A stretch of 64,000 nt of DNA from an uncultured Alphaproteobacteria bacterium (GCA_942492185.1 CALOEA010000062.1:33459-97458), one strand, 5' to 3'. Counted from the stretch's first letter, positions 45,734-56,116 are shown. Numbers and translations are program-made. Notes: generated from the sequence alone by a model not told the origin.

Positions 45734-47698
45734 ATGGTCGAAGACACGCCGGCCAGCAGAGCGGCCGCCGAGTTCTTTCGCGTCGCGCGCCGGCAGCCGG
45801 TCCGCAATCGCGCCCTGGCCCTGGTTCTCAACGGCCTCTTCTTCGGCTGTCTGGCGGCTGCGGTTGGCGGCGCGCTCTATATCACGACGCAGAGCGACCT
45901 GGCGGGCGGTGCCGACAGGTTCGTGCTCAGCTTCGCCGTCTTCATCGCCGCCCTGCTGGTCTTTCCCCTCCACCACCTGGCCAACAGGCTCGGGGCGGCC
46001 TCGGCCGCCGATGTGCTGCGCGACGATCCGCGCTCGCCCGTCCTGTTCCTGCGTGGTTTCGCCGCCGACCGCGACGACTTTCTGTCGCGCTGGATCAAAC
46101 GGCCTGCCTCCTTGGCTGGCTGGCGCAAGGACGACGGCGTAACGCACGAGGAGAAGCTGGTGCATGCCCTGCGCAGCGTCGGCCCGGTCGTCGCCATCGG
46201 CCGACCCGGCGAGACGCTGCAAACGCTCGGCGCGTCGCGGCTCTACGTCAACGACGCCGACTGGCGAGTGACCGTGGAGCGCCTGGCCTCGGACGCCGCG
46301 CTGACCGTCATCCAGCTCGGCGACTCTCCCGGGCTCTGGTGGGAGCTCGAACATGCCCTGAAGACCCTCCCGCCCGAACGTCTCCTGCTCTATCTACCGG
46401 CATCGCATGAGAACCGGGCGGGGGAGGCCTATCGGGCATTCCGCCACCGCGCGCAGTCCCTGCTTCCGCGCCCGCTGCCACCCGATTGCGCTCACGCGGC
46501 CTTCATTGCCTTCGGCCCAGACTGGCGGCCGGTCTTCCTGCGTCGCGAGAGCCCGCTGCTCTTCGATGCGCGCGCACCGGTCCTGCTGTTCGCCCCCGGG
46601 CCGGCGAGCCTGAAGCAACGCCAGACGCAACGAGACATCGAAGCGCTGGCGACGGTGTTCTCACAGGTCGGTCCGGTGATCATGCTTGGCGATAGTGGCC
46701 TGCAGCCCAGCGGCGCGATTGAGAGCTGGATGCCCGTGCCGGCCGCGGAACGCGCCGCGATCCTCGAGGACGAATGCTGGGGCAGCGGTCCGGTCATCCT
46801 CTACGGCGGCACCGAGCCGGACGATCTCGATCTCCTCTCGTCGATCATCGGCAGGGGCGATCCGCAACGGCTGCTGGTCTTCGTGCCGCCCTTCTCCGGC
46901 GCCGACAAAACGGAGCAGCACGCCCGCCTGCGCCGGGCGATCTGCGCCTCGGCACGCTGCCAGGAGCGATTCGAGACTGCGGCCGCGGCCTATCTCCTCT
47001 TTGACCGGACCTGGCGCCCGCAAACCATCCGGCGGCGCTGGTTCGCCTCGCCCGGCTGGCTGGCTTGGCTTCGCCGACGCGGGCGCGCCGTACGGCGCGT
47101 CCATGCGCTGCTGCTGAAGCCCCTGTTCCGGCGGCACGGGCGACACCCTCCCGGACGCTGGACCCGGCGCTTCAGCTGGCTGCTGCCGGCAATCCTTCTT
47201 CTCCTCATCGTCCTCGCAGCCGTGGGATCGAAGAGGCCGATCTACAGCCTGAGGCTGACTGCTGAGCACGACATCACGACGAACTGGCAGGGGCTTGTCT
47301 GGGGCCTGCCGGCCGACCAGGTCACGTCGCTGATGACGGGCCTCGACATCGCAAAGCTCGAGACCGCGGGTAGCGAGCTGCGCAGCCTCGAGACCGGCCG
47401 GTCGATGGCGGTGGCCGGCCACGACCTGGTGATGCTGTTGACCTTCCTGCGCAAGCGGCTGGTCGGCGCCGGGCTTTACACCGCGCTGCGGCCGGAAGAG
47501 AGGGCCGAGAGCATCGGTGCCGAACTGACTCGGCTCTACGGGCCTCCAGCGCGTAGCGGCCGGGACCTTCGGTGGATCCGCGGCCCCGTCGTGGTTCAGA
47601 TGCAGCTGCTGGACGTCGAGACCGCGAAGGGACCGCGGACGACGCTCTACGTCATTGTCCAGAACACGACGCTGATCCGAGAGCTCTTGCGCGAGTAA
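45734..47698 (+). CDS. Orphan membrane protein with an internally duplicated soluble module
   Basis: RBS ggagaaggggg before ATG 45734. Two N-terminal TM helices, two similar ~120-aa modules, a third TM helix (WLLPAILLLLIVLAAV) and a ~150-aa C-terminal domain. I recognise no family with confidence. Confidence 0.5.
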   Translation: MVEDTPASRAAAEFFRVARRQPVRNRALALVLNGLFFGCLAAAVGGALYITTQSDLAGGADRFVLSFAVFIAALLVFPLHHLANRLGAASAADVLRDDPRSPVLFLRGFAADRDDFLSRWIKRPASLAGWRKDDGVTHEEKLVHALRSVGPVVAIGRPGETLQTLGASRLYVNDADWRVTVERLASDAALTVIQLGDSPGLWWELEHALKTLPPERLLLYLPASHENRAGEAYRAFRHRAQSLLPRPLPPDCAHAAFIAFGPDWRPVFLRRESPLLFDARAPVLLFAPGPASLKQRQTQRDIEALATVFSQVGPVIMLGDSGLQPSGAIESWMPVPAAERAAILEDECWGSGPVILYGGTEPDDLDLLSSIIGRGDPQRLLVFVPPFSGADKTEQHARLRRAICASARCQERFETAAAAYLLFDRTWRPQTIRRRWFASPGWLAWLRRRGRAVRRVHALLLKPLFRRHGRHPPGRWTRRFSWLLPAILLLLIVLAAVGSKRPIYSLRLTAEHDITTNWQGLVWGLPADQVTSLMTGLDIAKLETAGSELRSLETGRSMAVAGHDLVMLLTFLRKRLVGAGLYTALRPEERAESIGAELTRLYGPPARSGRDLRWIRGPVVVQMQLLDVETAKGPRTTLYVIVQNTTLIRELLRE

Positions 47699-47751
47699 AG
47701 CGTCCGCGTGGGGCTCGGAGGAGCCCCACGCGCAAGACCGAGGCCGCCGCC

Positions 47752-48801
47752 TTAGCTGTAGCGATAGGGCGGGCCGGCCTTCTTCATCACGTTGTTGTAG
47801 GTCTTGAAGATCTCGATCACCCGTGCGTTACGCGGGCTCTCCGCCGCGATCTCGTCCCAGAACTTGAGCGCCTCGGCCTCGACCGTCTGCCACTCGGCGT
47901 CGGGGATCGTGGTCAGCTCCATCTTGGCGCCGTTCACCCGCAGGCTCGCCTCGCCACCCCAGTACCAATGCTGGCGGTAGTAGTGGGAGGAATCCATGCA
48001 GAGCCGGAAGAGCTCCTTCAGATGCTCCGGCAGCTCGTCCCAGCGCTCCGAGTTCGCGAAGTAGGAGCCGCACCAGGCGCCGGAGATGTTGTTGGTGAGG
48101 AAGTACTTGGTCACGTCGGCCCAGCCGACCGTGTAGTCCTCGGTGATGCCTGACCAGGCGATGCCGTCCAGCTCGCCGGTCTGCACCGCCACCTCGACGT
48201 CCTCCCACGGCAGCGTCACCGGCACCACGCCGAAGCGCTGCAGGAAGCGGCCGGCAGTCGGGAAGGTGAAGACCCGCTTGCCCTCGAGATCCTTCAGGCT
48301 GTGGATCGGCTCCTTGGTGTTGAAGTGGCAGGGGTCCCAGGCGCCGGCCGAGAGCCAGGTGACGTTGTCCACCTCGCCGTAAGCCTCCTCCCAGATCTCC
48401 TTCAGGCCGTACTGGTTGAACAGTACCGGCACGTCCAGGGAATAGCGCGTGGCGAAGGGGAAGTAGCCGCCGAAGACCGAGATGTCGACCGGCGCGGCGA
48501 TGGAATCGTCGTCGCTCTGCACCGCGTCGATCGTGCCGCTCTGCATGGCGCGGAACAGCTCTCCGGTCGGCACCAGCTGGTCGGCAAAGTAGAGTTCGAT
48601 CTCCATCTCGCCGTTCGCCACCTTGTTGAAGGCGTCGATCGAGGGCTTGATCACGTGCTCGCCCAGCGCCGGCCCGGCGTAGGTCTGCAGGCGCCAACGG
48701 ATCTTCGACTGCGCCTTGACGTAGGGCGCCGCCACGGCGCTGGCGCCGACCGCCGCGGTGGTCAGGGCCGCGGTCCTCAGGAAATCGCGTCTCTTTGTCA
48801 T
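47752..48801 (-). CDS. dctP: TRAP transporter substrate-binding protein (DctP-type) with a Tat signal, system 3
   Basis: MTKRRDFLRTAALTTAAVGASAVAAPYVKA twin-arginine signal. 349 aa. Downstream of dctQ-dctM. Confidence 0.8.
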   Translation of the reverse strand: MTKRRDFLRTAALTTAAVGASAVAAPYVKAQSKIRWRLQTYAGPALGEHVIKPSIDAFNKVANGEMEIELYFADQLVPTGELFRAMQSGTIDAVQSDDDSIAAPVDISVFGGYFPFATRYSLDVPVLFNQYGLKEIWEEAYGEVDNVTWLSAGAWDPCHFNTKEPIHSLKDLEGKRVFTFPTAGRFLQRFGVVPVTLPWEDVEVAVQTGELDGIAWSGITEDYTVGWADVTKYFLTNNISGAWCGSYFANSERWDELPEHLKELFRLCMDSSHYYRQHWYWGGEASLRVNGAKMELTTIPDAEWQTVEAEALKFWDEIAAESPRNARVIEIFKTYNNVMKKAGPPYRYS

Positions 48802-48925
48802 TCTATGTCTCCCTGTTTCTGCACTATCCACTACACAAATCGTGGCCCGCATTCCGCGGCTGCGCCGCGGGGGCAGGCGGCTCTCGAACAGGTCGTCGCA
48901 CCGGCAGTATCGCGCCCTGCCGGCG

Positions 48926-50251
48926 TCACTTGCCAGAGTAGAGGTTCGGCAGCCAAAGCGCGATTTCCGGGAAGATCATGATCAGCGCCAGCCCCAGCGT
49001 CATGATGAATACGAAGGGCACGATGGAGCGGTAGATGTCGCCCAGCGAGACCTCTGGCGGTGCCATGGCGCGCATCAGGAAGAGGTTGTAGCCGAAGGGC
49101 GGCGTCATGTAGGCGATCTGGCAGGTGATGGTGTAGAGCACGCCGTACCAGATCAGATCGAAGCCGAGGGCGATCACCAGCGGCACGTAGAGCGGCGCGA
49201 CGATCACCAGCATCGCGGTGTCGTCGAGGAACATGCCCATCACGATGTAGGAGAGCTGCATCATGATGAGGATTTCCCAGGGCGTCAGCTCCCAGCGCTC
49301 GATGAAGAGGTCCTGCAGCGCCTTGCCGGCGCCCAGGCCATCGAAGACGGCGCCGAAGGAGAGCGCCGCGAGGATGATCCAGAGGAACATCGAGCTGATG
49401 GAGAGCGTCTTGCGCACGGTCTCCTCCATCACCGACTTGGTCAGGCGGCGCTTCACCAGCGCCGCCAGCGTCGCCGCCGCGGCGCCGACCGCCGAGCTCT
49501 CGACCAGGCTGGTGACGCCGAGCAGGAAGAGGCCGGTCATGGCGAAGAAGATCAGCAGCGGCAGCAGGCCGCCCTGCAGCAGCCGGAAGCGCTCGCCCCA
49601 GGTGATCATGCGCCGCTCCTCCTGCGGCAGGGCCGGCCCGAGGCTCGGCTGCAGCCAGCAGCGCACCACGATGTAGAGCACGAAGAGCGAGGCCAGCAGC
49701 AGGCCGGGCAGCGCGCCGGCGAGCCAGAGCTGGCCGACCGGCTGGCGGGCGATCATGCCGTAGAGCACCAGCACCACCGAGGGCGGAATCAGGATTCCCA
49801 GCGACGAGCCGGCCTGGATGACGCCGGTCACCATCACCTTGTCGTAGCCGCGCCGGAGCATCTCCGGCAAGGCGATCGAGGCGCCGATCGCCATGCCGGC
49901 GACGCTGAGGCCGTTCATCGCCGAGATCACCACCATGAGGCCGATGGTGCCGATGGCGAGGCCGCCGCGCACCGGGCCGAACCAGACGTGGAACATGCGG
50001 TAGAGGTCATCGGCGATGCCCGATTCCGAGAGCATGTAGCCCATGTAGATGAAGAGCGGCAGCGTGAGCAGCGGATACCAGTTCAGCAGCACGAAGCTGG
50101 CGTTGAAGGGCATCTCGAAGCCGCCGTCGCCCCACAGCAGAAGCGCCGCGGCGCTGGCCACGAAGCCGATGGCGCCGAAGACCCGCTGCCCGGTCAGCAG
50201 CATGAGCATCATGGTCGAGAACATCAGCAGCGCGATGACGTCGTAGCTCAT
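48926..50251 (-). CDS. dctM: TRAP transporter large permease (DctM), system 3
   Basis: 441 aa polytopic protein. ATG 50251 overlaps the dctQ stop (ATGA). Confidence 0.9.
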   Translation of the reverse strand: MSYDVIALLMFSTMMLMLLTGQRVFGAIGFVASAAALLLWGDGGFEMPFNASFVLLNWYPLLTLPLFIYMGYMLSESGIADDLYRMFHVWFGPVRGGLAIGTIGLMVVISAMNGLSVAGMAIGASIALPEMLRRGYDKVMVTGVIQAGSSLGILIPPSVVLVLYGMIARQPVGQLWLAGALPGLLLASLFVLYIVVRCWLQPSLGPALPQEERRMITWGERFRLLQGGLLPLLIFFAMTGLFLLGVTSLVESSAVGAAAATLAALVKRRLTKSVMEETVRKTLSISSMFLWIILAALSFGAVFDGLGAGKALQDLFIERWELTPWEILIMMQLSYIVMGMFLDDTAMLVIVAPLYVPLVIALGFDLIWYGVLYTITCQIAYMTPPFGYNLFLMRAMAPPEVSLGDIYRSIVPFVFIMTLGLALIMIFPEIALWLPNLYSGK

Positions 50252-50760
50252 GACAACGTCTTTCCGCGCGCCCGCGCCAGGTCCTTGAAGAAGGTGGCGA
50301 TGGCCTGCAGCAGCATCAGCGCCACGCCGAAGGTCATGACGATCTTGATCGGCCAGAGCGGCGGTGCCCAGGTGCTGTAGTTCTTCTGATTGTACTCCAG
50401 GGCGTACTGCGTGCTGGAGATGCCGCCGCGCAGCAGCAGGACCAGGTAGAAAATCAGGAAGAAGATGGTGAAGACATCGGTCCAGGCCTGGCGCTTCGGC
50501 GACCAGCGGCCGTAGAGCAGGTCCATGCGGACGTGGCTGTCCAGCTGGATGGAGTAGGCGCCGCCCAGCAGGTAGTAGGCCGTCAGCAGGAACTGCGCGA
50601 TCTCCACCACCCAGATCAGCGGCACGTCGAAGACGGCGCGCGAGATCGAGGAATAGAGCATCACCGCGATCATCACGTAGATCAGGTACATGGCGAAGCG
50701 GCCGACCCTGTAGCTCAGGCGGTCGACGTACCTGACATAGAGCCTGACAGCCTTCGGCAA
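50248..50760 (-). CDS. dctQ: TRAP transporter small permease (DctQ), system 3
   Basis: 170 aa, 4 TM helices. TTG start at 50760 preceded by GGGGGAGA. Confidence 0.8.
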   Translation of the reverse strand: MPKAVRLYVRYVDRLSYRVGRFAMYLIYVMIAVMLYSSISRAVFDVPLIWVVEIAQFLLTAYYLLGGAYSIQLDSHVRMDLLYGRWSPKRQAWTDVFTIFFLIFYLVLLLRGGISSTQYALEYNQKNYSTWAPPLWPIKIVMTFGVALMLLQAIATFFKDLARARGKTLS

Positions 50761-51009
50761 AGAGTCTCCCCCGCTACGGACGCCGCAGACACCCTCCGGC
50801 CGCCTCCGCGAACGCTGCGGCCGGTCCGTCCTCCCCTGTCCCGCGGCGCCGACCTCTTGCGGGCGGCCACCGGAGCCGCAGGAACCCTAACAAAGCCTCT
50901 GGAGCCCGCCTATCGGGATTTCGCCGCCATAGGGGCCCGGGGTCGCCCGCGGTTGCCTTTGCCGCCCGCATCTGCTTCCACTCTGGCGCCGCTTTCCGAA
51001 GGAGCCGAG

Positions 51010-52368
51010 ATGACCGCTGCCAGCCGTGACGACGAGAATGCCATGTTGAGCCGCCTGGAGACCCTGCTGAAGCGCGCCCGGGGACTGGGGGCGGAGGCGG
51101 CCGACGCGGTGCTGGTCGCCTCGCAGGGGCTGAGCCAGGCGGTCAGGCTGGGCAAGCCGGAGAACCTGGAACGCGAGGAGAGCGAGGAGGTCGGCCTGCG
51201 TGTGCTGATCGGCAAGCGGCAGGCCGTGGTCTCCTCCAGCGATCTCTCCGACCGGGCCCTGGAGGAGCTGGCGGAGCGTGCCGTCGCCATGGCCAAGGTG
51301 GTGCCGGAAGACCCCTGGTGCGGCCTGGCCGATCCCGGGCAGTTGGCGCGCGACTGGCCCGATCTCGATCTCGCCGACCCGCTCGAGCCCTCGCCGGAGC
51401 AGCTTCAGGAGCGCGCCAAGATCGCCGAGGATGCCGCCCGCTCGGTGGCCGGCATCACCAATTCCGAGGGTGCCGAGACCTACTGGGGCCGCAGCGAGGT
51501 CGCGGTGGTGGCGAGCAACGGCTTCGCCGGCCGCTATGCCGTCACCGGTCAGGGTCTCTCGGTGGCGGTGATCGCCGGCAGCGGCGACGGCATGGAGCGC
51601 GACTACGACTACGACCGGGCGGCCTACGGCAGCGACCTCAAGGACCCAGCCACGCTCGGTCGTCTCGCCGCGGAACGCACCCTGAAGCGGCTGGGGCCGC
51701 AGAAGGCCAAGACCGCCCGCCTGCCGGTGGTCTTCGAGCCGCGCGTGGCGGCCAGCCTGATGGGTCATCTGCTGGGCGCGATCAACGGCCTCTCGGTCGC
51801 GCGCGGCACCTCCTTCCTGAAGGACAAGCTGGGGCAGCAGGTCTTCGCCCCCGGAGTCGCCATCCTTGAGGAGCCATTGCGCCCGCGCGGCCACCGCTCC
51901 CGCCCCTTCGACGGCGAGGGGCTGCCGACCGTCCGGCGCGCCTGGGTGGACGACGGCCGCCTGACCGGCTGGATCCTCGACCTGGCGACCGCCCGCCAGC
52001 TGGACATGGCGCCCAGCGGCAATGCCGGGCGCGGCACCTCCGGCCCGCCCTCGCCCAGCACCTCGAACCTCTCGCTGGCACCGGGCGGACAGAGCCCGCA
52101 GGCAATGATCGGCGCCATCGACCAGGGCTTCTACGTCACCGAACTGATGGGCATGGGGGTCAATGGCATCACCGGCGACTACAGCCGCGGCGCCTCCGGC
52201 TTCTGGATCGAGAAGGGCGAGCTCGCCTTTCCCGTCGCCGAGATCACCATCGCCGGCAATCTCAAGGAGATGTTCGCCAGCCTGACGCCGGCCGACGACC
52301 TGGAGTACCGCACCGGCATGGACAGCCCGACCCTGCTGGTCGAAGGAATGACCATCGCCGGGCGCTGA
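51010..52368 (+). CDS. pmbA: Metalloprotease PmbA (TldE; TldD/PmbA family)
   Basis: 452 aa. RBS gaaggag. Family blocks (GLRVLIGKRQAVVSSSDLS, FDGEGLPT, GFYVTELMGMGVNGITGDYSRGASGFWIEKGE). Confidence 0.9.
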   Translation: MTAASRDDENAMLSRLETLLKRARGLGAEAADAVLVASQGLSQAVRLGKPENLEREESEEVGLRVLIGKRQAVVSSSDLSDRALEELAERAVAMAKVVPEDPWCGLADPGQLARDWPDLDLADPLEPSPEQLQERAKIAEDAARSVAGITNSEGAETYWGRSEVAVVASNGFAGRYAVTGQGLSVAVIAGSGDGMERDYDYDRAAYGSDLKDPATLGRLAAERTLKRLGPQKAKTARLPVVFEPRVAASLMGHLLGAINGLSVARGTSFLKDKLGQQVFAPGVAILEEPLRPRGHRSRPFDGEGLPTVRRAWVDDGRLTGWILDLATARQLDMAPSGNAGRGTSGPPSPSTSNLSLAPGGQSPQAMIGAIDQGFYVTELMGMGVNGITGDYSRGASGFWIEKGELAFPVAEITIAGNLKEMFASLTPADDLEYRTGMDSPTLLVEGMTIAGR

Positions 52369-52430
52369 AGCAGCGGCTAGACTGCTGCCTCTTCGGGCGC
52401 CTGCGCCCGCCTCTCGCTGCGGAGTCCATC

Positions 52431-52949
52431 ATGTCCTCTCGTCGTGTCGGCCTCGCCGCTCTGCTGCTCGCCACTCTCCTCGGCGCCCCGTCCGTCCAGG
52501 CCGGCCCGCCGGAAATTGTCAGCGCCCTGAAAGCCGCCCCCGCGACGCTGTTCGATCTCTCATTGGTGCGACTGGAGGCGCTGGTGCAGGCCGACGGCAT
52601 CCAGGGCGACTATTTCGGCTGGGTCTACTACCAGGACGAGGCGATCGTCGTGGCGACCTGGTCGCTCTCGGCGCCGGCGACCGACGAGGCCTGCAAGACG
52701 ATCATCGATCGCCTCAAGCGCCTGGCGGCAGTCGACCCGGCGACCGGCTTCCCCGACGATCCGGCCTCCCGCTTCGCCGCCTTCTTCAACTACCCGGCGC
52801 TCGATGCCGCCTCGATCGACCCGACCTACGCCGAGACGGTCGACAGCATGTTCCTGGTGAAGTCGGTCATCGGGATCGGCGGCGACGGCCAGGCCGTGAT
52901 CTGCCAGGGACCGCTGCTCTCCGGCGAGGTCCGCTACAGCCGGGAATAG
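52431..52949 (+). CDS. Secreted hypothetical protein
   Basis: 172 aa with signal peptide MSSRRVGLAALLLATLLGAPSVQA. No family recognised. Confidence 0.5.
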   Translation: MSSRRVGLAALLLATLLGAPSVQAGPPEIVSALKAAPATLFDLSLVRLEALVQADGIQGDYFGWVYYQDEAIVVATWSLSAPATDEACKTIIDRLKRLAAVDPATGFPDDPASRFAAFFNYPALDAASIDPTYAETVDSMFLVKSVIGIGGDGQAVICQGPLLSGEVRYSRE

Positions 52950-53068
52950 GCGCTGTCCCTTTCGGCCTGATCGCTCATCCCGGGCCTCCCCAGCCGCCCT
53001 GCGGGCGGCAAGGAGGGGGGACGCAGCCCCGGCCCAGTCGGCATCGGTTGGACGCGCCCTAAACGAAC

Positions 53069-54028
53069 CTAGGCGGCGCACGGCGGCGCGAGGACCTGCA
53101 GCGGCGTCGCCCGCAGGCCCAGTACCAGCGGCAGGCTGGCGATCACGTCGCCGTCGCCCTGCACCACCTCGGGGACACCCTCCGCCGCCTCGCCCTCCAC
53201 CAGCGAGATCCGCGCCGCGTTGGCCTCCAGCAGCCGTACGCCGCGGCAGCGCGCGACGCGCCCCAGCAGCAGGGCAAGACCGAAGCGCGCGACGGCCAGC
53301 GGCCCGCCGCGTTCGAACAGGACCAGGGTCAGCAGCGCCCGCTCCGGCGCGGCATCGCGGGCCAGCACGAAGGGCCCGCCGTAGTGCCGCGCCTTGCAGG
53401 CGATCACGCTGCGCGCCGCATGGCCGACCCCCTCGACCTCGACCAGATAGCGGGGGAAGCGGAAGCGGAAGGCCTGGCGCAGGGTCTCCCAGACGTAGGC
53501 GCCCTGGCGCAGGCGGCGCTTCAGGCCAGGGTCGATGTTGGCCACCACCGCCGCATCGAACCCGACACCGGCCATCAGCGAGAAGGCGCGGCCATCGGCC
53601 TCGCCGAGCACGATCGAACGGCGCTGCCCGGCCAGCACGATCGCCGCCGCCCGGCGGGGATCGCGCGGGATCGCCAGTTCGCGCGCCAGGACATTGGCGG
53701 TGCCGAGCGGCAGGATGCCGAGCGCCACCGGCGCCTCGCCGGCGCCCAGGGGCTGGGTCAGGCCGTCCACCACCTCGTTGATCGTGCCGTCGCCGCCGGC
53801 CACCACCAGGGCGTAGCAACCGGCCGCCCGCGCCGCGAGGGCGAAGGCGCGCGCATCGCCCGGCGCCGTGGTCTCCCAGAGCTGCGGACTGGCCCCGGCG
53901 GCCCGCAGCGCCGCCAGGAAGCCGTCGAGGCGCCGGCGGCGCCGGTTGCCCGCGGTCGGGTTGAAGACCACCACAAGGCGCGTCTCCGCTTCTGCTGCGC
54001 GAATCGGCGCCGTTGCTGTCGAATTCAT
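53069..54028 (-). CDS. Diacylglycerol kinase catalytic-domain lipid kinase (YegS/LCB5-like)
   Basis: VVFNPTAGNRR.., LVVAGGDGTINEVVDGL and GILPLGTANVLAREL motifs. Start ATG 54028. Confidence 0.85.
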   Translation of the reverse strand: MNSTATAPIRAAEAETRLVVVFNPTAGNRRRRRLDGFLAALRAAGASPQLWETTAPGDARAFALAARAAGCYALVVAGGDGTINEVVDGLTQPLGAGEAPVALGILPLGTANVLARELAIPRDPRRAAAIVLAGQRRSIVLGEADGRAFSLMAGVGFDAAVVANIDPGLKRRLRQGAYVWETLRQAFRFRFPRYLVEVEGVGHAARSVIACKARHYGGPFVLARDAAPERALLTLVLFERGGPLAVARFGLALLLGRVARCRGVRLLEANAARISLVEGEAAEGVPEVVQGDGDVIASLPLVLGLRATPLQVLAPPCAA

Positions 54029-54183
54029 TACGACAGTCGAATAAAACCTCTGTTGCAACGACATGACGCCCCGTGAACCTTCAGTAAAACGCCGTGTTTT
54101 ACACAAGTTTCATTTACGAGGCTCGCGATAATTTTGTTATCAGCCTTGCAGGAACGCGGCCGCATGAAAGGGCCCCGGGCGCT

Positions 54184-55056
54184 ATGCAGGCTGGCAGGAC
54201 ATCGCAGGGAAGCGCGCCGCCGGAGCGGGCTGGGCAGGAGCCCGAGGAGCCGGAGGCGGAGATCGCCGTGCGCCACTTCCGCACGATCTTCATCTCCGAC
54301 ATCCACCTTGGCAGCCGCGGCTGCAAGGCGGAGTTCCTGCTGGACTTCCTGAAGTACACCGAATGCGAGACGCTGTTCCTGGTCGGCGATATCGTCGACG
54401 GCTGGCGCTTGAAGAAGTCCTGGTACTGGCCGCAGGCGCACAACGACGTGGTGCAGAAGCTGCTGCGCAAGGCGCGCAAGGGCACCCGGCTGCTCTACGT
54501 CCCGGGAAACCACGACGAGGCCTTCCGCGACTACTGCGGGGTGCATTTCGGCGGGGTCGAGGTGGTGCAGGACTTCGTCTACGAAACGCCGGAGGGCAAG
54601 CGCTACCTGGTGATCCACGGCGATGCCTTCGACGGGATCGTGAAGTACCACCGCTGGCTCGCGCTGCTGGGCGACTGGGCCTACAACGCGGCGCTGGCGA
54701 TGAACGACTGGTACAACCGCCTGCGCCGCCGGCTCGGCTTCGGCTACTGGTCGCTCTCGGCTTTCCTCAAGCTGAAGGTGAAGAATGCCGTGCAGTTCAT
54801 CGCCGACTTCGAGCGCGCGGTGGCCGAGGAGGCGCGCCGGCGCGGCGTCGACGGCGTGATCTGCGGCCACATCCACCATGCCGAGATCCGCCAGATCGAC
54901 GGCCTCACCTACTGCAACGACGGCGACTGGGTGGAAAGCTGCACGGCGCTGGTCGAGCACCACGACGGCCGGCTGGAGATCCTGCACTGGGCCGAGGAGC
55001 GGGCCTTTTCCATGTTGGCGCCGCGGACGCCAGCCGACGTGCGCGCCGCGGCGTGA
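54184..55056 (+). CDS. LpxH-like calcineurin-type metallophosphoesterase (UDP-2,3-diacylglucosamine diphosphatase family)
   Basis: RTIFISDIHLG, FLVGDIVDGW, VPGNHDE, VIHGDAFD and CGHIHH metallophosphoesterase motifs in LpxH order. Confidence 0.75.
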   Translation: MQAGRTSQGSAPPERAGQEPEEPEAEIAVRHFRTIFISDIHLGSRGCKAEFLLDFLKYTECETLFLVGDIVDGWRLKKSWYWPQAHNDVVQKLLRKARKGTRLLYVPGNHDEAFRDYCGVHFGGVEVVQDFVYETPEGKRYLVIHGDAFDGIVKYHRWLALLGDWAYNAALAMNDWYNRLRRRLGFGYWSLSAFLKLKVKNAVQFIADFERAVAEEARRRGVDGVICGHIHHAEIRQIDGLTYCNDGDWVESCTALVEHHDGRLEILHWAEERAFSMLAPRTPADVRAAA

Positions 55057-55069
55057 ACAGGAGACAGCC

Positions 55070-56116
55070 TTGAAGATCGCCCTCGTCACCGACGCCTGGT
55101 TCCCGCAGATCAACGGGGTGGTGCGCACGCTCTCGCGGGTGAAGAGCGAGCTCGAGGCGCTGGGCCACGAGATGGCCGTCATCGCGCCCTCCGATTTCCG
55201 CACCCTGCCCTGCCCGACCTATCCGGAGATCCGCCTGGCGGTCCTGCCGGGGCGCGGCGTGCGGCGGCGGCTGGAGGCGCTTGCGCCCGATGCCATCCAC
55301 ATCGCCACCGAGGCGCCGCTCGGCAATGCCGCCCGGCGCTACTGCCTCGCCCGCGGCCTGCCCTTCACCACCAGCTATCACACCCGCTTCCCGGAGTATC
55401 TCAGCGCCCGCTTCCCGCTGCCGCTGTCCTGGGGCTACGCGGCCATGCGCCGCTTCCATCGCCCTTCGGCCGGCGTGATGGTCGCCACGGCCTCGCTGGC
55501 GGAGGAACTCCGGCGGCGCGGCTTCGCCAACCTGAAGCCCTGGACCCGGGGCGTCGATCTCGCGCTCTTTCGCCCCCGGCCCGGCGAGGCGCCGCCCTAC
55601 GACCTGCCCCGTCCCGTCTTTCTCTATGTCGGCCGCGTCGCGGTGGAGAAGAACATCGCCGCCTTCCTCGAGCTCGATCTGCCGGGTTCCAAGCTGGTGG
55701 TGGGCGGCGGGCCGCAGCTCGAACAGCTGCGACGCCGCTTTCCGGCGGTGAGCTTCGCCGGCCCGAAGCAGGGCGAGGAGCTGGCGCGCCACTACGCCGC
55801 CGCCGATGTCTTCGTCTTCCCTTCACTGACCGATACCTTCGGGCTGGTGGTGCTGGAGGCGCTGGCCAGCGGCCTGCCGGTCGCCGCCTTTCCCGTGACC
55901 GGCCCCAAGGACATCCTGGCCGGCAGCGCCGCCGGCGCCCTCGAGGAGGACCTGGGCGCGGCGGCCATCGCGGCCCTGGCCCTCGACCCGGCCGCCGCCC
56001 GGGTCCATGCCGAGCGCTTCTCCTGGCCGGCGACCGCCCGGCTCTTCCTGGAGAACCTCGCGCCCTTCCGCCGCGAGGGAACGGCCGTGGTGCCGCTTGC
56101 GGCCCCGGCCGCCTGA
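55070..56116 (+). CDS. GT4-family (GT-B) glycosyltransferase
   Basis: KIALVTDAWFPQINGVVRTL.. N-terminus and a C-terminal E..FG.V.LEA.ASG.PV block (TDTFGLVVLEALASGLPVAAF). TTG start 55070 after aggagac. Confidence 0.8.
   Translation: MKIALVTDAWFPQINGVVRTLSRVKSELEALGHEMAVIAPSDFRTLPCPTYPEIRLAVLPGRGVRRRLEALAPDAIHIATEAPLGNAARRYCLARGLPFTTSYHTRFPEYLSARFPLPLSWGYAAMRRFHRPSAGVMVATASLAEELRRRGFANLKPWTRGVDLALFRPRPGEAPPYDLPRPVFLYVGRVAVEKNIAAFLELDLPGSKLVVGGGPQLEQLRRRFPAVSFAGPKQGEELARHYAAADVFVFPSLTDTFGLVVLEALASGLPVAAFPVTGPKDILAGSAAGALEEDLGAAAIAALALDPAAARVHAERFSWPATARLFLENLAPFRREGTAVVPLAAPAA

Noticed and set aside
54084-54102. Inverted repeat GTAAAAC-N5-GTTTTAC between the lipid kinase and LpxH-like genes
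   Set aside because: 7-bp arms in an AT-rich promoter region are expected by chance, and no matching second site was seen.
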